Below the pieces are notes generated by a model that did no database searches, was not told the DNA's origin, and worked only from the letters and a program-made list of their open reading frames with translations. From an uncultured Candidatus Saccharibacteria bacterium (GTDB taxonomy: Bacteria; Patescibacteriota; Doudnabacteria; UBA920), in the NCBI GenBank assembly GCA_964453405.1, contig CAYVOF010000001.1:1531-65530 (forward strand): a stretch of DNA of 64,000 nt, written 5' to 3'. A program made the translations under genes and the position numbers. This document shows, in pieces, positions 40,438-49,110 of the stretch. The first letter of the stretch is position 1; each line of letters starts with the position of its first letter.

Positions 40438-41456
40438 TGGATAACGCGCCCAAAGTATCAATTAATATTTTAGGAACAAACGAAAAACATTTGCTAGAGC
40501 GAGCTATCTCTAGCATTTTTAAACAAGATTATCCAAATTACGAAGTACTATATATAGACAACGCTTCTTCGGATGGCTCAGAAGAATTTGTACGCCAGCG
40601 ATTTCCGCAAGTAAAAATTTTACAGACTGGTGAGAATCGCCATTATGGCCCAGCGCATAATAAAGGTTTTAAGGCAACAGATAGTGAGTTGATTTTGATT
40701 TTAAATGCCGATTTAGAATTGGCGGATAATTATTTATCCGAAGCTGTGGCAGCAATGATGCGCGATCCAAAAATTGCCGGAGTGAGTGGTAAAACTTTAC
40801 GACCAAAAAAGAATCCCAATGATCCAAACGAGCCGCAATTAATCGATAGCACAGGTTTAACTATTGATCGTATGCGTATTGTGCGCGATCGTGGTCAGTG
40901 GGAAGTGGATAAGGGTCAGTATGATACACCTGGAGAAGTGTTTGCGTTATGTGGTTCCAATCCTGTTTACCGCCGCGCCGCGCTTTTAGACGTTGCCATT
41001 GATGGCGAAATTTTAGACGAAGACATTACCGCGTTCTTTGATGACTCCGACTTAGGCTGGCGATTGCAACATCAAGGTTGGAAAGTTTGGTATCAGCCAA
41101 CTGCGATTTCTTATCACGAACGCGGGGTAGGACAGAGTCCAGGAGGTTATCGCCATTTGTTTGCTCTGGTTAAATATCGTCGTCGTTTTAGCTGGCGTAG
41201 CAAACAGCTCAGCTGGAAGAACAAAATGTACATTGTTATTAAGAATGATTTTGGTAAAACTCTGCGCCGCGATTGGCTGCGCATCGTCGCGCGCGAAATA
41301 GTCACTTTTGGTTTTATTTTAATTTTTGAAACCAAGACTTTAGCTGTTGTCCCAACTATTTTTAAACAGTTGCCAAACATCTGGCGCAAGCGCAAAATTA
41401 TTAAGCAGCGCAGTGTACTAGGCGACAACAATATCGACCGCTTCATTATCAAATAA
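40437..41456 (+). CDS. GT2 glycosyltransferase
   Basis: IDNASSDGS, LNAD, DDSDLGWR. Confidence 0.9.
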   Translation: MDNAPKVSINILGTNEKHLLERAISSIFKQDYPNYEVLYIDNASSDGSEEFVRQRFPQVKILQTGENRHYGPAHNKGFKATDSELILILNADLELADNYLSEAVAAMMRDPKIAGVSGKTLRPKKNPNDPNEPQLIDSTGLTIDRMRIVRDRGQWEVDKGQYDTPGEVFALCGSNPVYRRAALLDVAIDGEILDEDITAFFDDSDLGWRLQHQGWKVWYQPTAISYHERGVGQSPGGYRHLFALVKYRRRFSWRSKQLSWKNKMYIVIKNDFGKTLRRDWLRIVAREIVTFGFILIFETKTLAVVPTIFKQLPNIWRKRKIIKQRSVLGDNNIDRFIIK

Positions 41457-41472
41457 TCCGCCAACTATTTTT

Positions 41473-42387
41473 ATGGACATTTCATTTGTAATCACTCCTT
41501 GGAATTGTAAAGATTTACTGCAAGCTACCTTGAAGTCGATTTTTGCGAGCCAGACTAAATTCAGTTACGAAGTCATTGTATACGATCATGGTTCTACTGA
41601 TGGCAGTTTAGAAATGGTAGAAGCTGAGTTCCCACAAGTTGATTTAATCCGCGGTGGTGATGTTGGGTTTGCCGCAGCTAATAATGTCGGACTAAAAAAA
41701 TCCACTGGTCGTTATGCAGTTTTGCTTAACGCCGACACTGAACTCTCTACCGACACAATCGAAACCATGATTACTTTCATGGATGAAAATCCCAAAGTAG
41801 GAATCGCTACAGGGAAAGTTGTTTTAGCAGTTAGTGGTAAACTCGACAAAGCTTGTCGACGAAGTTTTCCAACACCGTGGGTATCGGCGGCTCGTATCAG
41901 TGGCCTTTCAAAAATCTTTCCTAAAAGTAAATTATTCAACCGATACAATTTTGAATACTTAAGTGAAGACGAAGCTTACGAAATTGATAGTTGTGTAGGT
42001 GCCTTCGAAATGATTCGTCGCGAGACAATGGATCAAATTGGTTTACTAGACGAGACCTTTTATATGTACGGCGAAGATATTGATTGGTGCTATCGCGCTA
42101 AGCAAGCTGGTTGGCAGGTCTGGTATTATCCAAAAACTACGATTTTGCATTACAAAGGTTATCTGTCTGGCAAGGCGAGTGGTAAGAAAAAACATAATCC
42201 ACGTCCAACTTGGGAATTTCATCGTGCCATGATCATTTTTTACTACAAGCATTTTTACAAAAAGTACCCTAAGCCTCTATCATGGTTAATTCTACTAACT
42301 ATTTGGGCAAGATATTTATTGGTTGCGCGCTTCAAAATTTACCCATCTGCTTCATTTTCTGGAGCACCAAATCCATATTTAAAATAA
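41473..42387 (+). CDS. GT2 glycosyltransferase (WbbL-like rhamnosyltransferase)
   Basis: GFAAANN, LLNAD, FYMYGEDIDWC. Confidence 0.88.
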   Translation: MDISFVITPWNCKDLLQATLKSIFASQTKFSYEVIVYDHGSTDGSLEMVEAEFPQVDLIRGGDVGFAAANNVGLKKSTGRYAVLLNADTELSTDTIETMITFMDENPKVGIATGKVVLAVSGKLDKACRRSFPTPWVSAARISGLSKIFPKSKLFNRYNFEYLSEDEAYEIDSCVGAFEMIRRETMDQIGLLDETFYMYGEDIDWCYRAKQAGWQVWYYPKTTILHYKGYLSGKASGKKKHNPRPTWEFHRAMIIFYYKHFYKKYPKPLSWLILLTIWARYLLVARFKIYPSASFSGAPNPYLK

Positions 42388-42456
42388 ATGCGTGTTGACT
42401 AAATTAGCATTTTTAGATATAATGTGGTTTAATTGATATAGAACTAACCAATTTTT

Positions 42457-43980
42457 ATGCCACCTACAGTTAACGACGACGATAAAAAATTCCCTAATGC
42501 CACCGAAGGTATCGCTGGCTTGTTAAACATTACTGCGCACGGTAACACAGGTCCACGGCCAGTTGACCAAGAGACATCTGAAGAGACATCTGAAGAATCA
42601 GCTGAGTCAACCTCTATGTTCGCAGAAAAATCAGTTGCACCACCAAGCAATTTGCCATTTGCAGATCAATCCGAGGATGAACATATGGACGAACTTGTAG
42701 GTGAACCAGTTGCTCAACCAACAAATGAGCCTAAGGATATAGCCAGCATGTTAAGTAGTCAACCAGTAAAGACACCAGAAGGAAAAATTGAAACGGTTGC
42801 CCAGGATCCTCCAGTTGGTACTAACTTAGAATCTACAAAAATAGTTAACCGCGGTTTTAATGTCATAAAAAAAATCCTACCTTACGTAGTAATTTTTGCC
42901 ATTGCTATAGGTTTGTATTTTTTCTATTTTAATGACTTTAGCTTTACGAGCTTATTTAATTCCCAGACTCTTAAACTAGAAAGTATAACCAGTTCTAATA
43001 CTAATAAAGAATATGAACAGCTTAAAAAAGATGCTGCGGCGGATTACGCTGTTTGGCTTAATCAATTTTTTACTGATGTTAATGACGATAGTATTTCGAG
43101 CATGGACGCCGATGTATCTGGTAATGGTTTAACTAACTTTGAAAAATATTTACTCAACTTAAATCCGAAAGTTTATTCTACTCGTGGCGGAACAGGGGAT
43201 GGTCAGTCCGTACTAGATGGTGTTAATCCTTGGACAGGCAAAACTTTTACAGATAAACAAAAACAACTAGTAGAAAAATATCTAAACCCAGAACTAATTA
43301 GCAACCGAATTACTGCAGCGGCAATTACTCGAGGCGTAACTAAATATGCACAATATGTAAATCCAGACTCCCCTTACTACATTGATCCAGCAACTCTTCA
43401 ACAGGCTGGTAGTAGCACTCAAGCCGTAGTTACTCCTACTCAGATTTCTACCACAACTCCGGCGAATATTCCAACCAACCAACAACCAAGTAATACTGTT
43501 AGTAATTTGCGACCAGACGAATCTATTGATCAAAGTAAACCGGCAATGTTAGACATTCCCGCGAATAAAATTTCTGTACCGTTAACATGGACTCAGGACG
43601 TCAAAGATTTTGAAGTAGATTTAAAGAAGGGTGTAGTGCATTATCCAGGCACGGCAATGCTAGGTGAAGTTGGTACGAGTTATATTTCTGGACATTCAAG
43701 TGGTTACGCATGGGACAAGAGCCCTTATAAACAAATTTTCGCTGGCTTAGGCGGCGTTAAAGATGGAACTTCATTTTCTATCACTGCAACTCAAAAGAAC
43801 GGTAAGACTGTGAAGTATAATTATATTGTTGATCATCGAGGTGAATTTGCCGCTAATGACCAGGCTCAATTCTTAAGCACCTCTGACTCTGTAGTAGCTT
43901 TATCGACTTGCTGGCCTGTTGGGACTACGGCGCGTCGATTAGTTCTTTTTGGTAAACTAACTCAAACTGAAAGAAGCTAA
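42457..43980 (+). CDS. Sortase-domain protein with acidic N-terminus, TM and Ca-binding-like motif
   Basis: GHSS, LSTCWP, RRLV catalytic His/Cys/Arg; DVSGNGLTNFEKY. Confidence 0.85.
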   Translation: MPPTVNDDDKKFPNATEGIAGLLNITAHGNTGPRPVDQETSEETSEESAESTSMFAEKSVAPPSNLPFADQSEDEHMDELVGEPVAQPTNEPKDIASMLSSQPVKTPEGKIETVAQDPPVGTNLESTKIVNRGFNVIKKILPYVVIFAIAIGLYFFYFNDFSFTSLFNSQTLKLESITSSNTNKEYEQLKKDAAADYAVWLNQFFTDVNDDSISSMDADVSGNGLTNFEKYLLNLNPKVYSTRGGTGDGQSVLDGVNPWTGKTFTDKQKQLVEKYLNPELISNRITAAAITRGVTKYAQYVNPDSPYYIDPATLQQAGSSTQAVVTPTQISTTTPANIPTNQQPSNTVSNLRPDESIDQSKPAMLDIPANKISVPLTWTQDVKDFEVDLKKGVVHYPGTAMLGEVGTSYISGHSSGYAWDKSPYKQIFAGLGGVKDGTSFSITATQKNGKTVKYNYIVDHRGEFAANDQAQFLSTSDSVVALSTCWPVGTTARRLVLFGKLTQTERS

Positions 43981-43985
43981 AATTT

Positions 43986-44101
43986 AAAAAAAAGACAGTA
44001 TATTATTTTCTTTCGACTTACATGTCTACGTCGCCTTCACTGCTTCCGCAGTGGGCGACTGTGACCTGATAGTCTCTAGAAAAACAATATGCTGTCTTTT
44101 T
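43986..44101 (-). other. Structured intergenic element, copy 2
   Basis: ~23-bp imperfect inverted repeat enclosing (minus strand) ACTATC-aggt-CACAG, a bulged hairpin and CGTAG. Confidence 0.7.
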
Positions 44102-44159
44102 GATATTAAACTTCTTTTATTTATGCCAATTTTTCAATAACGGCGTTTTGGCTTTAGCC

Positions 44160-44188
44160 TTGACAAAATGGCTATTTTGTGCTAATAT
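44160..44188 (+). promoter_or_regulatory. sigma70 promoter with overlapping palindrome
   Basis: TTGACA-17-TAATAT; near-perfect palindrome acaaaatggctattttgt. Confidence 0.7.
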
Positions 44189-44194
44189 ATAACT

Positions 44195-44365
44195 TCGGGT
44201 CAATAGTATTGATTTAATGATAAATAGTAGTTATTATTGAGTGTTAGATAGGTTTCTGCTCGTTTCCCCTGGTATTTTACTACAGTCAGGCAGGAAATGA
44301 GCGAAAACATGTCTGGCACCGCGTCAAACAGTTGTAATACTAACGCTGTACGCGCGTTACAATAG
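44195..44365 (+). ncRNA. Candidate structured leader or small RNA
   Basis: Long hairpin 44241-44319 whose non-Watson-Crick pairs are G-U on the + strand; additional flanking stems. Confidence 0.5.
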
Positions 44366-44399
44366 ACATAGATCTTTAAAAAATTCCTAGGGAGGGAAT

Positions 44400-45086
44400 A
44401 TGAAAAAAATTGCTATTATTGTGTTATTTGTTGTTGCTTTTTGTTTTGTTTCGCCGAGTTCATCGTATTCCCAGGGTAAAGATCGTTTGAAGATCGAAGT
44501 CCGGGGATTTGATAACAACGTTCAAACACAGCTAATGGTTTCCAAGTTCATGGCCGACAACGCCGACTGGGCAATCGTAGTTGATGCCAATCCAAAATGG
44601 ATCATGAGAGTTACTCAACAATCTGGATATGGTCAAACTTGGACACAGGTTGACCAAAAAGCTCAAACCAGGAACAACATGGTTCGTTCGGGAAACCAAA
44701 CGATTCGCAGCGTTACGAGAAATAGTCCATTTGATAGCTGGTGGGGACGAACGATCAAACAGACTATCCGTCAAGCTGGTCAAAGTCAATTGCAACGCTT
44801 CGCTAAACCGGAGCGGTATCAATACCGAAAGGAGCAGTCGAGTGTAACGGTCGAAGTAATCGATCCGATCACTCGTGAAGTTGCTTCTAAGGCAATCGGC
44901 ATCACAACAATTACCGTCAAAACTTTGCGTATGTCCGGCTATGAACCGCAAACGTATTTAGTTGAAGGTGATCTTTCGTCGGTTGGTATCGAGGCGGGTG
45001 CAAACCTGTTCGGAACCTACCGACAGCTCTTGCAGTTGTCAGCGTTTATGAACGCACAACGGCCGGAAAACCATATCATACAATAG
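44400..45086 (+). CDS. Secreted hypothetical protein (possible CsgG/TolB-N-like fold)
   Basis: Signal peptide; VTVEVIDPITREV segment; GGGAGG SD. Confidence 0.7.
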   Translation: MKKIAIIVLFVVAFCFVSPSSSYSQGKDRLKIEVRGFDNNVQTQLMVSKFMADNADWAIVVDANPKWIMRVTQQSGYGQTWTQVDQKAQTRNNMVRSGNQTIRSVTRNSPFDSWWGRTIKQTIRQAGQSQLQRFAKPERYQYRKEQSSVTVEVIDPITREVASKAIGITTITVKTLRMSGYEPQTYLVEGDLSSVGIEAGANLFGTYRQLLQLSAFMNAQRPENHIIQ

Positions 45087-45096
45087 GAGTACTGGA

Positions 45097-46188
45097 ATGA
45101 AAATATTTGCAAGTATGTTGGTGATTATGGCGGTGGTGTTTAGTACGCTGCTGCCTCCGTCAGTCTCTGCTGTGACTCCGTTCACACCACAGACGAGTTC
45201 TATTTTATCGGATCAGGTTTTTACACCTGAGCCGATGGGTCCATTTGTCGCTCTTGCGGCAGGCAATTCATCCTACTATAGAAATGATCAAGTTATCTTT
45301 CAGGGTAGTGTTGTACGATTGAGTTCGGTTGATCTTCACATCGGTGCAGATCCAGAAATACCAGGCGGCGATCAATCGGCGCCTGCGAGTGATGAAGTCG
45401 ATACTTATTTGACTGAGCCGATCATCGTTATTACTCGGGCTCGTAGCAGGAGGTTTATACTCGGTACAGTTAATCCGGTAATCAACGGCGTTAAAGTCGT
45501 TGTGCGGCGGATTAAGGCTACAGGTAAAATTATCGAAATCCTTAATTGTGGTAACTGGACCAGAGCACTCAACAGTGATTACACTTTTGAGTGTGATACT
45601 ACGGTAGGGCCTTGCGTTCCTGGAGCGATGGAGATCAAAACAACCGAAGAAGTTTCGCCTGACGGCAAAACCAAAACAGTTGTTACTGTGTCTAGTGATG
45701 GTTGTACGACCAAGGTTGATACTAGGGTTGTGACAACTGAAATCAAAGAGGTTTGTACTGAAAATTCTTGGCTCGATGTATTTGAGCATGGTGATGTGAA
45801 CGGTAAACTTGGAAAATCTTTTAAGGCCGACGAGGTTATCGGACAACTGCCGCAAGAAATTCAAGACAACATCCATAAATCTCTGGGAGGTAAGAATAAG
45901 ATCAATTATATCTTCGTTCAGAGAGGTGCGTGCGAGAGCCAAGCGAGCTTGATTAGAGTTCGTTGGTTCCGCAAAGATGGAGGTCTCTCAAAATGGGTTT
46001 ACTTCTTGGTTGGAATGGGTGTCGGGGTCGGCCTTGGTTACATTATAAGAGGGTCCCCTGACAATCCGGTTTTCCAAGCGGCAAAGGCCGTCACTAAGGG
46101 AAAGAGTGAACCGATTCGAAAAACTATTACAGGGTCTGGTGTCACTAAAGGTGTGGTCGGATCGCGGCCCATAAGCCCGACAAGGTAA
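45097..46188 (+). CDS. Secreted Cys-containing protein with C-terminal TM
   Basis: Signal peptide, 6 Cys, WVYFLVGMGVGVGLGYII; AGGAG SD. Confidence 0.7.
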   Translation: MKIFASMLVIMAVVFSTLLPPSVSAVTPFTPQTSSILSDQVFTPEPMGPFVALAAGNSSYYRNDQVIFQGSVVRLSSVDLHIGADPEIPGGDQSAPASDEVDTYLTEPIIVITRARSRRFILGTVNPVINGVKVVVRRIKATGKIIEILNCGNWTRALNSDYTFECDTTVGPCVPGAMEIKTTEEVSPDGKTKTVVTVSSDGCTTKVDTRVVTTEIKEVCTENSWLDVFEHGDVNGKLGKSFKADEVIGQLPQEIQDNIHKSLGGKNKINYIFVQRGACESQASLIRVRWFRKDGGLSKWVYFLVGMGVGVGLGYIIRGSPDNPVFQAAKAVTKGKSEPIRKTITGSGVTKGVVGSRPISPTR

Positions 46189-46220
46189 TAGCATAATTAG
46201 CACTTTAATTAGCGTAATAC

Positions 46221-46254
46221 ACGGCTTCGAACATTTGTTTGAAGCCGTTTTTTT
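46221..46254 (+). terminator. Intrinsic terminator
   Basis: acggcttcgaac...gtttgaagccgt plus T-tract. Confidence 0.8.
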
Positions 46255-46355
46255 ATATCCAAAATTTGGTACAATTTGCCCGTTCAAAATGCTATAATGT
46301 AGGTAATAAATAAATAGGCTAAATAAGCCTAACTTTTTGAAATTAATCTATATAT

Positions 46356-47081
46356 ATGAATAAATTGTCCGTGGTGATTCCCGCTTATAATGAAGAAAAG
46401 CGTATTACCGAAACCTTGCAAAATATTGATGGCTATCTCGAAAAGCAGCCTTATGATTACGAAATTATTGTTGTAGTGAACAACACCAAAGATAAGACTT
46501 TTGAAGTCGTTCAGAATCTCGAAAAAACTACTGTGCAAAAAGCTGTGGCTATGAATTTAGTAGAGGGCGGCAAGGGTAACGCGGTGCGTCGTGGGATTTT
46601 AGAAAAAGCGACCGGCGACATTGTGATGTTTATGGATGCCGACAATGCTACACCGATTTCGGAAATAGAAAAGTTCTTGCCATTCTTTGAACAAGGGTAC
46701 GATGTGGTAGTTGGTTCTCGCTACACTAACCCTGATTTGGTTAAAGTGCACCAGCCTTTTTACAGAATCATTTTATCGCGTATGAGCAACTTGTTGATTC
46801 AATTTTTAGCCGTTCCAGGAATTAAAGACACTCAACTTGGTTTTAAAGCTTTTACTGCTTCAGCTGCAAAAGATATTTTCCCAAAAGTAAAAATTTTACG
46901 CTGGGGCTTTGACATGGAAGTTTTGACTCTTGCCTTGGCGCATGGTTTTAAAATTAAAGAAGTGGGTGTGTCTTGGACCGAACATGGTGGCGGTCACGTT
47001 CCTCTCAAGGCTTACTTAGAATCATTGATCGATTTGTTTAAGATCAAATTCCGCTCCATTGCTGGGCAGTATAAGAAGTAG
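46356..47081 (+). CDS. Polyprenyl/dolichyl-phosphate glycosyltransferase (DPM/DPG-like GT2)
   Basis: VIPAYNEEKRI, GKGNAV, FMDAD, DTQLGFK, FDMEVL. Confidence 0.9.
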   Translation: MNKLSVVIPAYNEEKRITETLQNIDGYLEKQPYDYEIIVVVNNTKDKTFEVVQNLEKTTVQKAVAMNLVEGGKGNAVRRGILEKATGDIVMFMDADNATPISEIEKFLPFFEQGYDVVVGSRYTNPDLVKVHQPFYRIILSRMSNLLIQFLAVPGIKDTQLGFKAFTASAAKDIFPKVKILRWGFDMEVLTLALAHGFKIKEVGVSWTEHGGGHVPLKAYLESLIDLFKIKFRSIAGQYKK

Positions 47082-47090
47082 TCAATTATT

Positions 47091-47118
47091 TGAAACTTTT
47101 CCTCAGTTTAAGCGTCTA
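47091..47118 (+). promoter_or_regulatory. ECF-type promoter upstream of the S8 protease
   Basis: TGAAAC-16bp-CGTCTA. Confidence 0.6.
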
Positions 47119-47139
47119 AGTTAATGACAACTAACTCCA

Positions 47140-49026
47140 ATGTTATTAAATCTTAACCAGAGAATTTATCAATTTTTAATTCTGCCGTTATTCGCGGCAG
47201 TTTTAGTCTTGGTCCCAGCTCCATCTGCAGTTTTAGCTCAAGCTAGCTCTGTGGCTACAGTAAACTTTTCCTATACTACAAAGCTAAATTCTCCTAGTGC
47301 CCTGACTCAGCTAGGGCAGGTGGGTACTAATATTAGTCATCAATTTGAATTTTCAAAAAGCGCAGAGTTTTTAAATATATATACATTTCAATCCTCTCTT
47401 CCGATTGAACAGTTGCGCAAGCAACTCGTGGGCCCGCAGTCAAATCAAGTTAAGTATTTGGATTATGACTTAGGTGTTCAAGCCGGAGCGCTCACTGTAA
47501 CGCAATTACCAAATGATCCAAGTTTTACCACCAACGCTTCAAATATAGACAAGCAGTGGGGTTTGGTTAAGGCTGGGTTTGTAGAAGGTTGGGAAAAAAC
47601 CAAAGGTGACACTAAGGTTGTTGTAGCCGTAGTTGATACAGGTATAGATCGTACTCATGAAGATATTACTGCAACTAGATTTGTTGATGGCTATAATGTT
47701 CTAACTTCTAAAGTGATCTCGCAGTTTTCTAACTCGGATGATAATGGTCATGGGACTCTGATTTCTGGTGTTGTAGGAGCAGTTTCAAATAATGGAGTTG
47801 GTATTGCAGGAACTAACTGGAGCATAACTTTAATGCCAATCAAAGCATTAAACTCATCGGGCACTGGTTCGGCTAGCCAGATTTCGGAAGGAATAGTGTG
47901 GGCCACAGATCACGGCGCTAATATAATAAACTTATCTTTGGGTGGCGTTGGGTTTGCTCATGATACAACTTTATCTAACGCTATTACTTATGCTTTTGAA
48001 AAGAATGTAATTATTGTTGCTGCGGCAGGTAATGATGTTGCGATTACTGGCGGTAATTTGGATACTGAACCAGTCTTTCCAATTTGTAATGATAATGGAA
48101 AGAATATGGTAATTGGAGTTTCTGCTTCTGACAGCAATGATCTCAAGCCCGACTTTGCTAATTATGGGAAGGCTTGCGTCGATATAGTTGCACCTGGAAA
48201 GCGAATTTTATCTACTATAAACCATGACCCAGCAACAGGAAATAGTGCGCCAGATTCATACGCCTATGCCTCTGGGACGTCCTTGTCAGTTCCATATGTA
48301 AGTGGCCAAGCAGCTTTATTAAAGTCTTTATATCCATTTGCTTCTAATCGCCAGATTCGTGATCGAATTATTTCTACCGCAGATAATATTGATAATTTTA
48401 ACACCACCAAGTGTGGTGGCAGTACTTGTAAAGGCTTGCTCGGTAGTGGTCGAATAAACGTGGCAAACAGTTTAAGAGATATTATACCAACTCTTGTCGA
48501 TGGAGATGTGGTTCAAGTTAATAACAGTGGTGATTGGTATTTAATAAACGGTGGTAAGCGGCAAATCATCTCGCCTTTTGTACGCAGTCAACGGTTTGTA
48601 GGAGTTACCCCTAAACAAGTTTTTTACTCCGAAATAGAAAGATTCTCCGAAGGATCTTTTGCTGAGCCTAAGGATGGTACCTTAGTTAAGTCGCCGGACA
48701 ATAGCACGGTTTACTTTATGAGTAAGGGTTTGCGGTTGCCAGTGACTTATCAGATTTTTCAGTTATATCATTTTGACTTTAAAAACGTCTTCACTTTATC
48801 ACCAGCCGAAGTTAACTCTTGGGTGATGGGTGGATTTTTAACTCCTCCAGAAGGCACTTTGGTGCGCACTCCAAAAAATCAAACTGTATATTGGGTTGTG
48901 GGGCAAGTTCTTCACCCAATCAATTACAAGTTTTATATAGACAGAGGCTTAAATATTTTTTCAGTAATTTACGTACCCGACAATGATTTAACTAAATTAC
49001 CAACAGGGGAGAGCTACACCTTATAA
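47140..49026 (+). CDS. Secreted S8 (subtilisin-like) protease with C-terminal repeats
   Basis: VDTGID, HGT, SGTSLSVP triad; GTLVK..VY repeats. Confidence 0.92.
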   Translation: MLLNLNQRIYQFLILPLFAAVLVLVPAPSAVLAQASSVATVNFSYTTKLNSPSALTQLGQVGTNISHQFEFSKSAEFLNIYTFQSSLPIEQLRKQLVGPQSNQVKYLDYDLGVQAGALTVTQLPNDPSFTTNASNIDKQWGLVKAGFVEGWEKTKGDTKVVVAVVDTGIDRTHEDITATRFVDGYNVLTSKVISQFSNSDDNGHGTLISGVVGAVSNNGVGIAGTNWSITLMPIKALNSSGTGSASQISEGIVWATDHGANIINLSLGGVGFAHDTTLSNAITYAFEKNVIIVAAAGNDVAITGGNLDTEPVFPICNDNGKNMVIGVSASDSNDLKPDFANYGKACVDIVAPGKRILSTINHDPATGNSAPDSYAYASGTSLSVPYVSGQAALLKSLYPFASNRQIRDRIISTADNIDNFNTTKCGGSTCKGLLGSGRINVANSLRDIIPTLVDGDVVQVNNSGDWYLINGGKRQIISPFVRSQRFVGVTPKQVFYSEIERFSEGSFAEPKDGTLVKSPDNSTVYFMSKGLRLPVTYQIFQLYHFDFKNVFTLSPAEVNSWVMGGFLTPPEGTLVRTPKNQTVYWVVGQVLHPINYKFYIDRGLNIFSVIYVPDNDLTKLPTGESYTL

Positions 49027-49110
49027 TTTAACTGTTTTCTTATGCCTAAAAAAATAATTTTTGGCTTACAAGGATTGAGTTAATAGAGCGAATACATTAA
49101 AATAAATCAT

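Noticed and set aside
44038-44069. SRP RNA (TCAGGTC...GGAAGCAG on the minus strand)
   Set aside because: The two motif halves are separated by 15 nt that pair differently, and copy 1 of the element lacks them
44066-44085. Hammerhead-like CTGATAG...GAAA
   Set aside because: Core should be CUGANGA; stems I and III are missing; not conserved in copy 1
44217-44240. uORF MINSSYY as an attenuator peptide
   Set aside because: No SD, no link to downstream function, no terminator with U-tract
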